The position numbers and the translations under genes are program-made. The notes beneath the pieces were generated by a model, which was not told the DNA's origin, did no database searches, and saw only the letters and a list, made by a program, of their open reading frames with translations. A stretch of 64,000 nt of DNA from Basidiobolus meristosporus CBS 931.73 (lineage: Eukaryota; Fungi; Basidiobolomycota), in the NCBI GenBank assembly GCA_002104905.1, contig MCFE01000111.1, forward strand, positions 1 to 64,000, in the 5' to 3' direction. Positions 25,801 to 37,738 of this stretch are shown here, piece after piece; position 1 is the first letter of the stretch; each line of letters begins with the position of its first letter.

Positions 25801-27364
25801 ACACCTCGTTCGATATCAAGTTGCTTATCAACCAACCTTGCAGGGTGAAGTGGACGTGATCATAGCTGGCTATCCTTGCCAAGGATACAGCAGTCTTAAT
25901 CCGAACCGAGCCAGTGATCAGTCACAAAGCAACAATTCCTTGCTGGCTAGCCTGACCTCATTTGTTGAGTTCTACGAGCCCAAGTTTATCCTAATGGAGA
26001 ATGTCAAGTAAGTCGCATTATCTGAGGTTGCCGGTCTTCCTCTTTTGACTGCTTCGTCCTAGGAACTTTCCAAGGATGACCGAGACGGTGGATGGGAAAG
26101 AGCAGAGTCCTTTCAGGGTTCTCCTCGCATTTCTGCTGAGCCTCGGTTACCAAATTCGCTGGAGCTATATTGCAGCTGTTCATCATGGTTGCCCTCAAAA
26201 GAGGGTTCGATTTTTTTTGTGGGCTGCAGGTTGGTATCTACTTCCCGACATGTCGAGAGAACAGTTGAGCTAACCGAGGGCTCTTGCTAGCAAAAGGGGA
26301 AGACCTTCCGCGACTGCCACCATCCTCTCACCACGGTACACGAACGGGATATTCGCAAACATCCATAAGGCTTCCGAGCACCGAAAGGTAAGTTGCATCT
26401 CCCCCAGATCACCGACGCTTGGTTTAATCCTCGATATGCTGGCACTCGCTCAGGATCCCCGGAGTGGTGAATCCGTATTACGCTTGCTTCCCGATGAGAA
26501 CTATTAACGACGCTATCGGGGATTTGCCGCCCATCGGAGAAGGACAGATCATGGTGGGAATGGGACTGCTTCGTTGATTCGCTCCTAGCCATCACAGAGC
26601 TAATAACGACTTCGCCAACAGTGCTCCGAGTTCCCGGACCATCAAGCCATCCCACTTCCTTCTGGACATCAGGCGTTGGCCAATCAGATACCCACCTATC
26701 CCCCCGGTTGTGACTACCGTTGCCTCGTGGGTAGACGCTTTCCAAATGGGGAGCCCGTAAGTACGAAACCTCAGTCGGTAGGGCAGTGAACTCAATGCGC
26801 ACGCTCTCTCTTGGTTTACTTAGATTGTCCTCCCACCATGGCTTCGTCGAAAAATCGACCAGAAGGCTGCATACGGGAGACACTTCGGACGTGTAGAACG
26901 GGACGGTCTCTTCGAAACCATAACCACTAGGTGCTCCCCGTCTGGCTTCGTAAGTGGGCCCGAATAGCGTAGAACACCCAACCTCTACTGACCAAGCGGT
27001 TTCTCTGTAGCAAGGTAAGGTGCTTCATTATCAGGAGAACCGATCCCTCAGTGTACGGGAAGTGGCGCGTGGACAAGGTAAATCCTAGCTTGAGAATTTC
27101 CAGCTTTCCACCACCCCACTGACCGAACTTCTCCATGTGTGGGTAGGCTTCCTGGACTCCGACCAGATAGTGGGACGTCTTCAAGACCAGTATCGGATCG
27201 TGGGTGAGTAAGCTTCTTCTGCTATGGTCCCGTCGAGTTCTCCGTTGGCTGATCGTTGGTAAATAGGGAACTCTGTTCCGAGGTCATTGTCCTTCGCCTT
27301 GGGCATGATGTTGTTCAACCGCCAGAGGCACGAAGGGGGTAATCGGTTTTTTCACGACTTCTAA
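22808..27364 (+). CDS. dim-2: DIM-2/DNMT1-family C5-cytosine DNA methyltransferase, multi-exon (RFD-like region, two BAH domains, catalytic domain)
   Basis: RFD-like LDDFTLY..FFDG and WYLLKNPSERY; BAH segments ~24330-25330; motif I LDLFCGGGAFGRGL, IV AGYPCQGYS, VI MENVK, VIII QKRVRFF, IX SVREVARGQGF, X VGNSVP; stop TAA 27362-27364. The 5' start is uncertain. Confidence 0.9.
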
Positions 27365-28045
27365 TCCGTGCCTGCACTCTGAATCCCACATCCAGCGACG
27401 GAGCATTGGATCCGGTCCATTGCTCTGTTCCTAACCTACACTTGCTGTCGAAGTGGTTCCATGGCTTTCCTCCATGTGACCTATGACTCTCATCCCCTCT
27501 CCCGTACACTGATGCAACCAACGCCCAGATCCATACAGTAAATACATACCAGCAGGTCGATCAGACTGGAAATTTTATTCCACCAGTGTAAACCATTACA
27601 TAAATCACCTGATGGTTGGTTTGGAATCCCCCAAGGGGCAACTACGAGTACATTTGAGTAGGAAAACATGGAGCAAAAAGTATGGAGGAGCCTGACCGAG
27701 GGGTGAGGTAGGTGTGAGGAGAATCAATTGCTGGGAAAAGAGTGACCCAAGGCAAGCTATGGGGGGACTTCACTGTACAGAAGAGGTGGGTTACAAACCA
27801 TTGGGTGAGGTTAGGGTGCTATGGTTAGGGTAGTGATTCCGTTGTTTAGAATGAGGTATCCCTCCGAATCAAGTCGAAAAACTAGGTCAAACGAGCTAGA
27901 TTCGGGAGAGGGCGATATTAGATTGAAGGTAAGGCAGAAGAGTAAGAGTATGAAAGGGGGAGCGAGAGAAAGAAAGGGAGGGGGAGGGGGCATTTCAAAA
28001 GAGGTGTATCCTACTGTTGGTGACGATATATATATATACTTCAAC

Positions 28046-29067
28046 TTAAACCAGTGCTAATTCGAGAGTCCAAGTGCGACGACACCACAGCTTCAGCGTG
28101 TCGTCCGAGCCCTCGTGAAGCTTCACTTCAGAGCCATCCCACCAGCATTTTCTCTAGATTTAGGAGGGAGAAGAATAGTTTCGCGTCAAAAATCTGTCCA
28201 TTGGGCCTCAAAACCATCTCAGTGTAAACTTACCGCCGGTTTGCGCCAGAAAAGCAGGAGCTTCTGCGCTGCGGCCATCTGCGCGGGCTGTCCAGTTGTG
28301 CGAAGGCGCACCATAGCGACGCTCACGATGGCGGTCCGGGCGGGTTCAGCCACGCGGACTCCCCAATCGTCGTCTTTGGAGAAGCCAGCGGCACACAACA
28401 TCTCAATCAGTTGTTGCTCGGCAAGGTTGTCCTGGGTGATCTGCCGGTTGAGGCCGTGGAAGATGCTCTTCTGTTGAACCAGGAGTTTGCCGCATTCGGT
28501 CTTAATCTTCGAGATATCCAGCGGGGACTCCACCGTGGTCAACTCGATCCCATCCTCCTCCCTTTGCGGAGAAGCTCGGGTCTTCTTCGGGACTGGGAAG
28601 TAATCGATCTCCTCTCGTAGCAAGATGAACGCCTGCTTGTTAAGGAAGGGGTTGTTCAGGTGGTTACCACCTAGCAGTGCTTGGAGCGTTCCATCCTCGT
28701 TGGGGTTGGTTTGAGTCAGCGGGTGTTTGTGGACATAGAAGTCAAGGACGTACTGGAATATGTTCGGGTTGAAGTCACTGTAGACAAGGTTGTCGTGGTC
28801 GTGGTCGTAGTTGGTGGAGTGGTTATCCAACTCCAGTTCTGAATCATCATCCATAGGGTTTCTTCCAAGGTTAAGCCCGTAGGGGAACATGACCAGGAGG
28901 ATGCTCTCTGGTAGACTTACCAGAAGCTCCCTCTCAACCTGAATGAGCGTACCCCGTAAGTCTATCCTGATCACCGAGGGAAACTCGGACTCTTCTTGTT
29001 GGAAGGAGACAGGATAATCATAGGAATCGGGGACGCTGGTTATGGGAGTATCAGCTTTGGAGGCCAT
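28046..29067 (-). CDS. WHI2: Whi2-like BTB/POZ-fold stress/nutrient regulator, 2 exons
   Basis: IRIDLRG..LPESILL.MFPYG, DFNP..FQYVLDFY, LREEIDYF, spliced C-terminus KLLLFWRKPARKCWWDG..LWCRRTWTLEL. Confidence 0.88.
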
Positions 29068-30049
29068 GGTGTGCACGAAATAGAACCAGTGGGTGTCAAC
29101 TAATTGAGGTTGGGGGTCTAAGGCTCGCTACAGGGGAGATCTGAATCGGTTCAAACTTTGAAGGGGCGGGGTTGTGGCTTGGTTGGTCTGCTGGATACGA
29201 AAGGGCTGTTTCCGAACCAACTTGGATATTGAAACTACCGTCTGAAGGGAATGGGCGGGTGGAGAGGTGTGGATCCCGGATGGACTCTCCGGCCAAGGGG
29301 ATGTGGTTGAGAATGGAGTGGCCGGCCAATCATCGCACGCCCTGGGAAATTAGAAGTAGGGCTGGTGTTGTTGATGGTTTGACCTCATCACACCTGACCT
29401 GATTGGTCCACTATCCATACCTTGGATAAACATGCAGATTGATTAAATAATTGATTAATATAAACACCAAGAAGCACCCGCAACCATGATACGTCGATTG
29501 GAGGGTGATGTGTGATATGTATTCCCACCATCTATTTAAGCGCAAATGCTAGCACGCGTTGCTCACGCTCAGGTGACACCGGGCCAATGGTCACCTAGTG
29601 GAAGCCATGAAGGGAGTTCAACGTTCACAGCGATGAAACAGCACAGTGGCAGTGGTGGAATAATTCCAAGGTGGAAGGTAAAGACGTTGACAACGGCCAG
29701 GGACAGAGCAGCCCAAAGATCAACGTAAGTACCACTGGATGCACATTTGGGGACAACATTCCCACGATCAATGGCCTATTCCTCTTGATCAGGTGGCATC
29801 CCCCTCCAATTCCGCCGGCATTGCGATTGGAAATAGGTTGCGATACAAATATACGTTGCAAATACACGCAATACATGGACTGGTCTCAGTGCCAATGTCA
29901 ACCTCGCCGGAGTGGGGTTCGGTTGTCACGTGGGGGCGAGGAGCATGGTTGAATACATAAATGGGCTTACGTTGGGTGGAGGAGAATTTCTTGAGTAGAA
30001 TCAATCCAGCCGCCAACCACCACACCTGTTCACTTCCTTTCGATCAATC

Positions 30050-31267
30050 ATGTTCGCCGCTTTGATTCGCCCTCTCTCAAAGAAAACCACCGCCACCGTG
30101 TACCCTAGCCTCTCGAAGGCTTTCTCCTCATACGGTCCGGTCCAAGGTAAGTCGGGTGGGCGTGGGCCCCTGGGTATTGTCCGAAGTTGCTAAGCGCAGG
30201 GTCTTTTGCAGGTGCCAACACCACCGACTCCGCCCCGAAGAACTACGAGCACATCCTCACCGAGGTGAGGGGAAAGGTTGCCTTGGTGACTCTGAACCGT
30301 CCCAAGGCGTTGAACGCGCTTTGCAGTGACCTGTTCCACGAGCTGAACGAGGCTTTGGCCAAGTTCGATGACGACGAGAAGATCGGGGCTATCGTGTTGA
30401 CCGGTAGCGAGAAGGCTTTCGCAGGTTAGTCCCAACCTTCCTTCATGTACCTGGCCGCTCACCCCCCGGTCCCCAACTTCTCCTAACTTTTGTGGCTTAG
30501 CCGGCGCCGACATCAAGGAGATGCGTAACAGCAACTACATCGACAACTTGAGAAGCAACTTCCTCGGCCATTGGACCAAGATCACCACCATTCGTAAGCC
30601 AGTCATTGCCGCCGTGAACGGATACGCTGTAAGTTGCACCCCTCTTCACCTTCACCTTCACCTTGGCCCACACCTTTATCCGCCCCATTCCCTCTTACTG
30701 ACCGTATTTCATGTTCGATCTAGTTGGGCGGTGGCTGCGAGCTGGCCATGATGTGTGACATCATCTATGCTGGCGAGAAGGCCAGATTTGGTCAGCCCGA
30801 GATCAAGCTTGGCACCATCCCCGGAGCCGGTGGCACCCAACGCCTGGTCAAGGCAGTTGGCAAGTCCAAGGCCATGGAGATCGTCCTGGCTGGCACCTGG
30901 AACTTGACCGCCCAAGAAGCCGAAAGAGCCGGTCTAGTCAGCAAGGTCTTCCCTGCCGACCAACTGGTGGACGAGGCGGTCAAAACCGGCGAGGTCATCG
31001 CCAGCTACTCTCAGCCCATGGTCCAGATGGCCAAGGAGGCGGTCAACCAGGCGTTCGAGGTGCCCCTCGCCAACGGACTTCTTTTCGAACGTCGCTTGTT
31101 CCACAGCACCTTCGGCACGGTAAGTGACCCCCCCATCGATCCCACTCCCACCTCCTTCTCCACATCGGTCCTAACCTTACCTCCCCCTCGTCAACCAATA
31201 GAAAGACCAACGTGAAGGTATGGGCGCATTCGTCGAGAAGAGAGACCCCAAATTCACCAACCAGTAA
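30050..31267 (+). CDS. ECHS1: Mitochondrial short-chain enoyl-CoA hydratase (crotonase), 5 exons
   Basis: Presequence; [66 protein letters not shown]. Confidence 0.95.
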
Positions 31268-31779
31268 GTCGCCCATGTATACTCCCTCCCTGGTCACTCA
31301 CTTGCATACCTTCGCAATAAATCGATTTCTCCTTTCTGACTCTGACTTGACGACCCCCCCTCCCTTCCAGAAACCAGCCAGTTGATTTGCTGACGACATC
31401 ATGGGGGCGTGGTCCCTCGTGTGGCGAGGATTCGTGCATGGGTGTACGTATTTTTGGTATGGAACGGAGTGGGTGGAGGGATGATGGTGAGATCCACGCT
31501 GGTTGCTTTGGTCGGAAATCCAAGTGAATGTCTGGCGGGGGATTTCATGCGGTAACCAGATTGGTGAATCCTCGGTGGTACCCCCCCCCCGACCTTGATG
31601 GAAACTCGTCGGGGCTTCGTTGACGCGAGGTTCGCCACCAGTAACGCCAACTTGACGTTGCTTCCACTTTCCCTCTCCTTTGGTAGCGGGTTTTTGGGTG
31701 GAAATTGGCCACATAGATATCAGATCTAGATGGGCCGTCGTTGTGGTCCGTGGTGCCAAAGCATGTGTTCCCATGCTTG

Positions 31780-32700
31780 GTATCTCAGGATAGACAGGTG
31801 TGTGTGGGGAGGGGGGGGAAGTGAAGGGAAACTGGTGATCCCTTGCGGTAATGTTTTGGGGCCTTGAGAAGTGTTTGAGATTACTTCCACATCCAAGTTC
31901 AATGGCTCCCAGAATGGATTCCAAGGTTTCATCAATATAGTCAAACACCACCGGTCACTCCAACCAAATTGGTTCACAATCAAAAACAAGCAAAAGTTGG
32001 TTACATCTCTAACCTGCTCACTGGTACTGCCCAGAAATGGTTCTTCCCTTTGGTGGAAACCAACTCCCCTCTGCTCAGTGATCACAATGCCTTCCTCACA
32101 GAAATGCAGCTAGCCTTTGGCAACATTGACTAAGCCCAAATTGCTGCTAACAAGATCAAGGAGCTGAAGCAAGGAAACAGACCTGCATCCGAGTATGCTT
32201 CTGAATTTCCAACTGCTATCCGGTGATTTGGGCCTTTGGGATGATGCTGCCCTAATTAGCTAGTTCCAAGATGGATGCAACAATGAAGGCAGTGACCCAC
32301 TTGTCACACTCCCTGACATAACTACATTGCGCAAAGCTACACACCAAGCTATCCAATGTTACAATATACACGTCCAGAAGAAACAGAAATATCAACACAC
32401 ATATCAGCTAACCTCTTTCCCAGTTATCCAGTCTCCCAGTTGTACACCTGAAGATCCTATGCAAATTGACAGTGCTAAATGCAACAAACTCACAAATGTA
32501 GAAAGACTTGGACATCAACAGGCAAACCTCTGCCTATGCTGTGGTGAACTAGACCACTTCACCAGGTCTAGTCCTGGCAAGAAGTCCAGTTACAAGTTGC
32601 TGCACTCATCTTGTGACCAGACTTCTCATCATTGGTCAAGAAACTTCTCTATCCAATAACAATGACATGCTTGCCACTTGACCATCCAATGAAAATCCAA
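31780..32700 (+). mobile_element. Ty3/gypsy gag remnant (family 2), degenerate
   Basis: Broken frame LTGTAQKWFFPL..KIKELKQG.RPASEYASEF, PEDPMQID, eroded CCHC knuckle; paralogous to 49900-50760. Confidence 0.8.
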
Positions 32701-33169
32701 TACATTTAAGATGCATTATGTCCTATCAAAAGTAGCTGTGATGATCCTGTCAAAAGGCTATGACTGAATTTAAATCCTGTGACCAAGTGCCACTGATGCT
32801 GCTAGGACACCATGTCCAAACCATCAGAAAAAATCACACCTCAGATTTCTCAAAAAACCTGGTCAATATTTCTCATTAACATGGTCCCCAAGTTGCTTTT
32901 GATTAGTTCTCTGCTATACCCTTCACTCTCTAATCCAAGACACTCAACCATCTTCCACATTTGTTCACATTGATTAGCTGTTGCCTCTTTTTCACACTCC
33001 TTACTTACTGACTTGACTGGCACTCATACTTTTCATGCATATAAATCAGCTTAGTTCCATTGAATCTTCAGATGTAACTCAGGTATAGATTTTACTGACC
33101 TGTACATGTCCCTAAAGACAACACCAACATTTGGCCCAACATCACACTCAGTAAGTTACTGCATTGAGA

Positions 33170-34900
33170 TTTACCATTTTGTAAGTGTCTCTGCCATAAT
33201 ACCCTTTGCCCATGACTCTGGTTGTGACCCTGCAGCTTTATGATATTGTTTTTTCACAGGTTCCCATACATTGTGGTCTTCAGCCAGCACCGCTAAGTCC
33301 GGCACCTCAACTGTCAGTCTTTGCAATAACTTCTCACAATATTCATGGGCATTATTTTGAGCACTGCTCTTGAAGAGGTACTGCAACATCTTGGCAAGCA
33401 TATTACCATTCCAAAATACCACTCAAGTCATTGTCATCATCTATTAATTTACTGATGTAGTAACTTTACTTGTCTCTGATATATCTACTCTCTCTACAAT
33501 GGAGGACATGGATGCTGTGGTAGACAAATTGCCTTTCTCTGCAAACCAATCTACCTCACCGGAGTGTAGCTCAACAGGCTGCACTTCAAGCTCTGGTAAA
33601 AACAGCCATTGTCTTGTTGGTGATTCTTCTTGGGCTATTGTGAGAATTGAGCTGTTCTAGGTTGACAGTATCAATTGGTGAGAGCAGCAGCTTTTTTCTC
33701 ACCCTGTTCTGTGTCTGGCTTGGGTAGACTTTCTAGTATTTCTCTTGCCCTTTACTACTACCATGACTGAGTGCATCCTGTACAGAACTACATTTTTCCT
33801 TGACCAATGCTCTACTGGTGAATACATCAAGTGCAAAGACAAATGCATGGTCATACATGCCTTCAAAGTAGCCCTTGCCTCTTAGTTGCTGGTAATGCTT
33901 GTGCTGGAATAATACTAAGTGCGGTGCTTTATAGCTTCAGAATATTTGATTGACTGCGTGAGCTTCTTTGAATGGAGTATTGCAGGACTTTATCTGGAGC
34001 ATGCACACTGTTTTCCTCCTATGGTGCTAGATTCCTGACAAGTTGAATACCTTACAATGGTGTCATTTCTTGATGTGAATGTATGCAACTATTAAAACAT
34101 GCTGGTATCAGGATGGTCTCTGGGTCTTATGTTGCCACATGCATGATGGCTTTCCATTTGTACCATATACATTGTAAGTTGCATCCTATAATGATCTTGA
34201 AAAGCAGTAGCAATAAATCCCCAAAGCTCCCATGACTAATATTGATAGAAACACATTGGTTTTTGGCCAACATATCTCACAACCTATCTCTAAGTGGAGC
34301 ACTGGGCTTACTTGTCTCTGTAAAGTATCCTTGGTGTTTTTTCCATGGGTAGTGTCCCAATGCATATTGGGACTTTGCTGGTCTCATAAAGGGTACTATT
34401 GTTAGGGGAGATGGGCTCACAACCTATCAGTAAGCCTCTTCTGCAGAGTTATCCTAGTTTGGAACATATTCAGAAGGCTGAGGCAAGCAAAAGACAACAC
34501 AACATTACCTGAATCCATTCACACAAGGAATTATGGGTAGCTATGTGGGATTATAGAGGTATCAAGAGGCCAGCTGGTAACTGTAGATACTGTGACAACT
34601 GATGAGTGCATGATCATGACTTGTGTAGCAAATACTAGCTATGATCTTTGTAATGCTTCCCATGCTGTCTATATGCTACATGGCTGAGAAGCTTTCTGTT
34701 TAGCCACATATTGTTTTTCTGTTCTCTTACAGTTTTGAGTCCAAGTAGTCTTGCTCATGGGGCAAACAGCCTGATATTCAACAGTGGGATGCTATCATAT
34801 CACTTTTCTGTCAACACTATCATGAGCCTAAGGTAGTCATGTACATTACATTGCACCTGCATCAATTTAAAATTAAATGATAACCTACAATAGTTAGCAT
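33170..34900 (-). mobile_element. CACTA/EnSpm-like DNA transposon relic, fragment 1
   Basis: Aligns by eye to 46900-47147 plus 48226-48530, and to 58150-58990 on the other strand; many stop codons. Confidence 0.6.
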
Positions 34901-35049
34901 TGAAGTAAAGTTGTGGCACTACATCCATATGAATATATAAACTTATGTCCTCATTGATCCAGCCTACTTTCACATATATACCACCAAAAAATAAGGCAGA
35001 GCTGTCTGGTTACCAACCAGACCCCACTACAGACAGCAACCCAAGAACA

Positions 35050-36180
35050 GTTGGACAGCAGCTTGCTTTGACATTTGGTGCAGCAAGCAGGCTGCATCCA
35101 AAAAAGGCCATGTATATGGTGTCACAAAGTGTTTAAGCTCATCAATGGTAGAGGAATATCTGGCCCTGAGGGATAAGCAAATTGGAGATTTGGCCATACT
35201 ACCAATCAACAGAATGCTAATAGTATTCAGATGGTTCATCATAACAGAGTATGAGGCTGATGGCACATTTGAAGGATAAAGCCTGACTTGTAGGCAAAGA
35301 ATACTTTCAACACCAGGAATAGACTATATCAAGACCTTTGCTCTGGTAGCCAAGTTTAATTTCATCACACTAATATTGACTATTGCAGCCAAAATAAGTC
35401 ATTTATTCATCAAGTGAGTATAAATGTTGCATTCTTGAGTGAGGAAATTGATGAAGATAAGTACATGGACAGCCTGATGGGCTTGCGGACCAATATAGTT
35501 ATCAATTGGTCTGCCAGCCTCAGATATATCTCTATGGTCTCATACAGGCAGGCTGGGCCTAGGATTACAAGACAGATTGTGATTGGAGATCTCTGAGCTT
35601 CCAAGGAGGGAGTGCTGACTGTAGTAACAGCTATATGTCAGATAGAACAAATCCAACTCTATCAGCTCCATAAGTGGAGGATCTTATTACAGCCACTAAT
35701 CACCAAAAGCAATTTGAAGAGACTAAATCTGGTCCATCAAAGGAGTGTGAAATGTCCAATCTAGCAGACCCCATTTGCTAATTGGGGATCAGCCAACCCA
35801 AAGATGAAGTTTTCCCTAGTCAGAAATTCTGAACTAGGATCCTAATGGAGTCAAATTTAATGTTGAATACATTTGAGATGTACTAAATGGAAGAATGTGA
35901 GCAGGGAGCTACCCTAATGGAGACAAGCCTTGACTGGGTCAAAACTCAACCATATTAAGAAAGCCTAGTGCTATCAGAAAGCCTTGACTTCCAATACCAA
36001 TCTATTGAACACTGTATGATACATAGCATGCTTGGAAAACAGACTGATATCTCTCATTCAGTTGGAGTTATCCGCCAGCATAATCAGAACTTTGCATCTG
36101 ATCATATGACAACAGTTAAGCAGATCCCTATGAGAAATAACTTGGTATTGCAGGTTGATCCAATCCTGATCAGCCATCAA
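35050..36180 (+). mobile_element. Ty1/copia reverse-transcriptase remnant, highly degenerate
   Basis: 35260-35430 decays from YKARLVAKGY.Q.PGIDY.ETFAPVAKFNSIR..L.IAA; similar to the intact copia RT at ~61900-62230. Confidence 0.75.
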
Positions 36181-37738
36181 GATCCCATCAGGAGACTGTT
36201 ATAAAACCAGCAGCTTGGAATTAATGACCATCTACACAATCTTATGACTGGAGCACAACGCATTTGGCTAATTTTACCGCCAAAAGAGTTTAAAATCATA
36301 ACAGTGTTCAAGCAGTGTTTTGCCAAGGGTGCCATGGCATTGTTGCGGTCAAAGTGCACTCTACAGCAACTTGCATGGATCTAACTGGCCAGTACATCCA
36401 GTTGCCCTACATGGCAAAAAACTTGAAGGTGTTTTGATGGCCTCTTAGCAAACCTCTGTTGGTATTATTACGGCAGTATGGTAGCCTACAGCTAGTTCTG
36501 CATAATGCTACTGTATCAATTGACCAAAAGGTATTTTCTTTTTCTACCTCCACTTGCACAATTCATATATTACACTGTAAAATCCCCCTCTTTATTTGCT
36601 TACCTGCTACAACCTTGCGTATTCCACATATAGTTCAAATCAAAAACAACTATGGCCTCTGGCATACTAAGCTCTACAAATGTGTACACCTGCCATAATT
36701 AGCATACTACTATCACCTCAACTTTATGGCTTTTTAATATGATACTTGCAAAGTTGCCATAAACCTTATATTGCTTAAAACATATATCTATATGTAAATA
36801 ATTTAGTCCCACAGGTGGATCCAATCCAGATCAGCCATTGGGATCCTGTTAAGAGACCATCATAACACCAGCAGCTTGTAATTAGTGACCCATGTAGCAA
36901 TCTTATGACAGGATTACAACTGTGTTTTGCCAATTTTACTACCAAATAAAGTGATAAAACTTGAAAAGATTTGATTGGCGCTGTGACAATAATTGCATGG
37001 TATTGTTATGGTCTTATTACGCTCTACAACCAGTTTAAATGATACCAACCAGCCAGGGCATCCAATTGCCTTATATGGCAAGAAGCTTGACGGTATTTCA
37101 ACAGCCTCACAGCAAGACTCTGATGGCATTATATTGGCAGTATGATGGCCTATGGCTGGTTCTGTATAATGCTACCATACCAATTTACCAAGTGGTATTT
37201 GCATTTTTGACCTTCCCTTGTGCAATTCATATATTCCACTGTAGAATCACCCCTCTTTATTTGCTTACCCACTACTACCTTGGGTATTCCACATACAATT
37301 TGAATCAAAAGAACTATGGCCTCCTGCTTACCAACCTCTACAAACATGCACACCTGCTGCATTTGACATACTTCTATCACCTCAACTTTATGGCTTTTTA
37401 GTTTGATACTTGCAAAGTTGCCATATACCTTGTACTGCTGGTAACACATACATCTTGCAAACCTATGCTTGCTTGTTGCCACTTCTGCCATGAATACCTC
37501 CTGAATATCCACAAATAACTTCTTGGTACATACCTAATATATTCCTTCTCCCTGCTGGATTCTAGTCCCCCTTATAGGTGCGCCCTGGCTCTTGTTTGTG
37601 TAAATTCTGTATTGAATGGTGTAAAAGTTGGCTTGTGACCAAGAGAAATCCGTCATACCTTGGTAGAGCTTTCCTAATAAAACTTAGTTGCTTGTTGCAC
37701 CCAACCATACTTTGCATTACTTAACTGATTACCCATGC

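Noticed and set aside
31298-31951. 217-aa minus-strand ORF at the gene/TE boundary
   Set aside because: Its start is antisense to the gypsy gag remnant and the remainder is unrecognisable.
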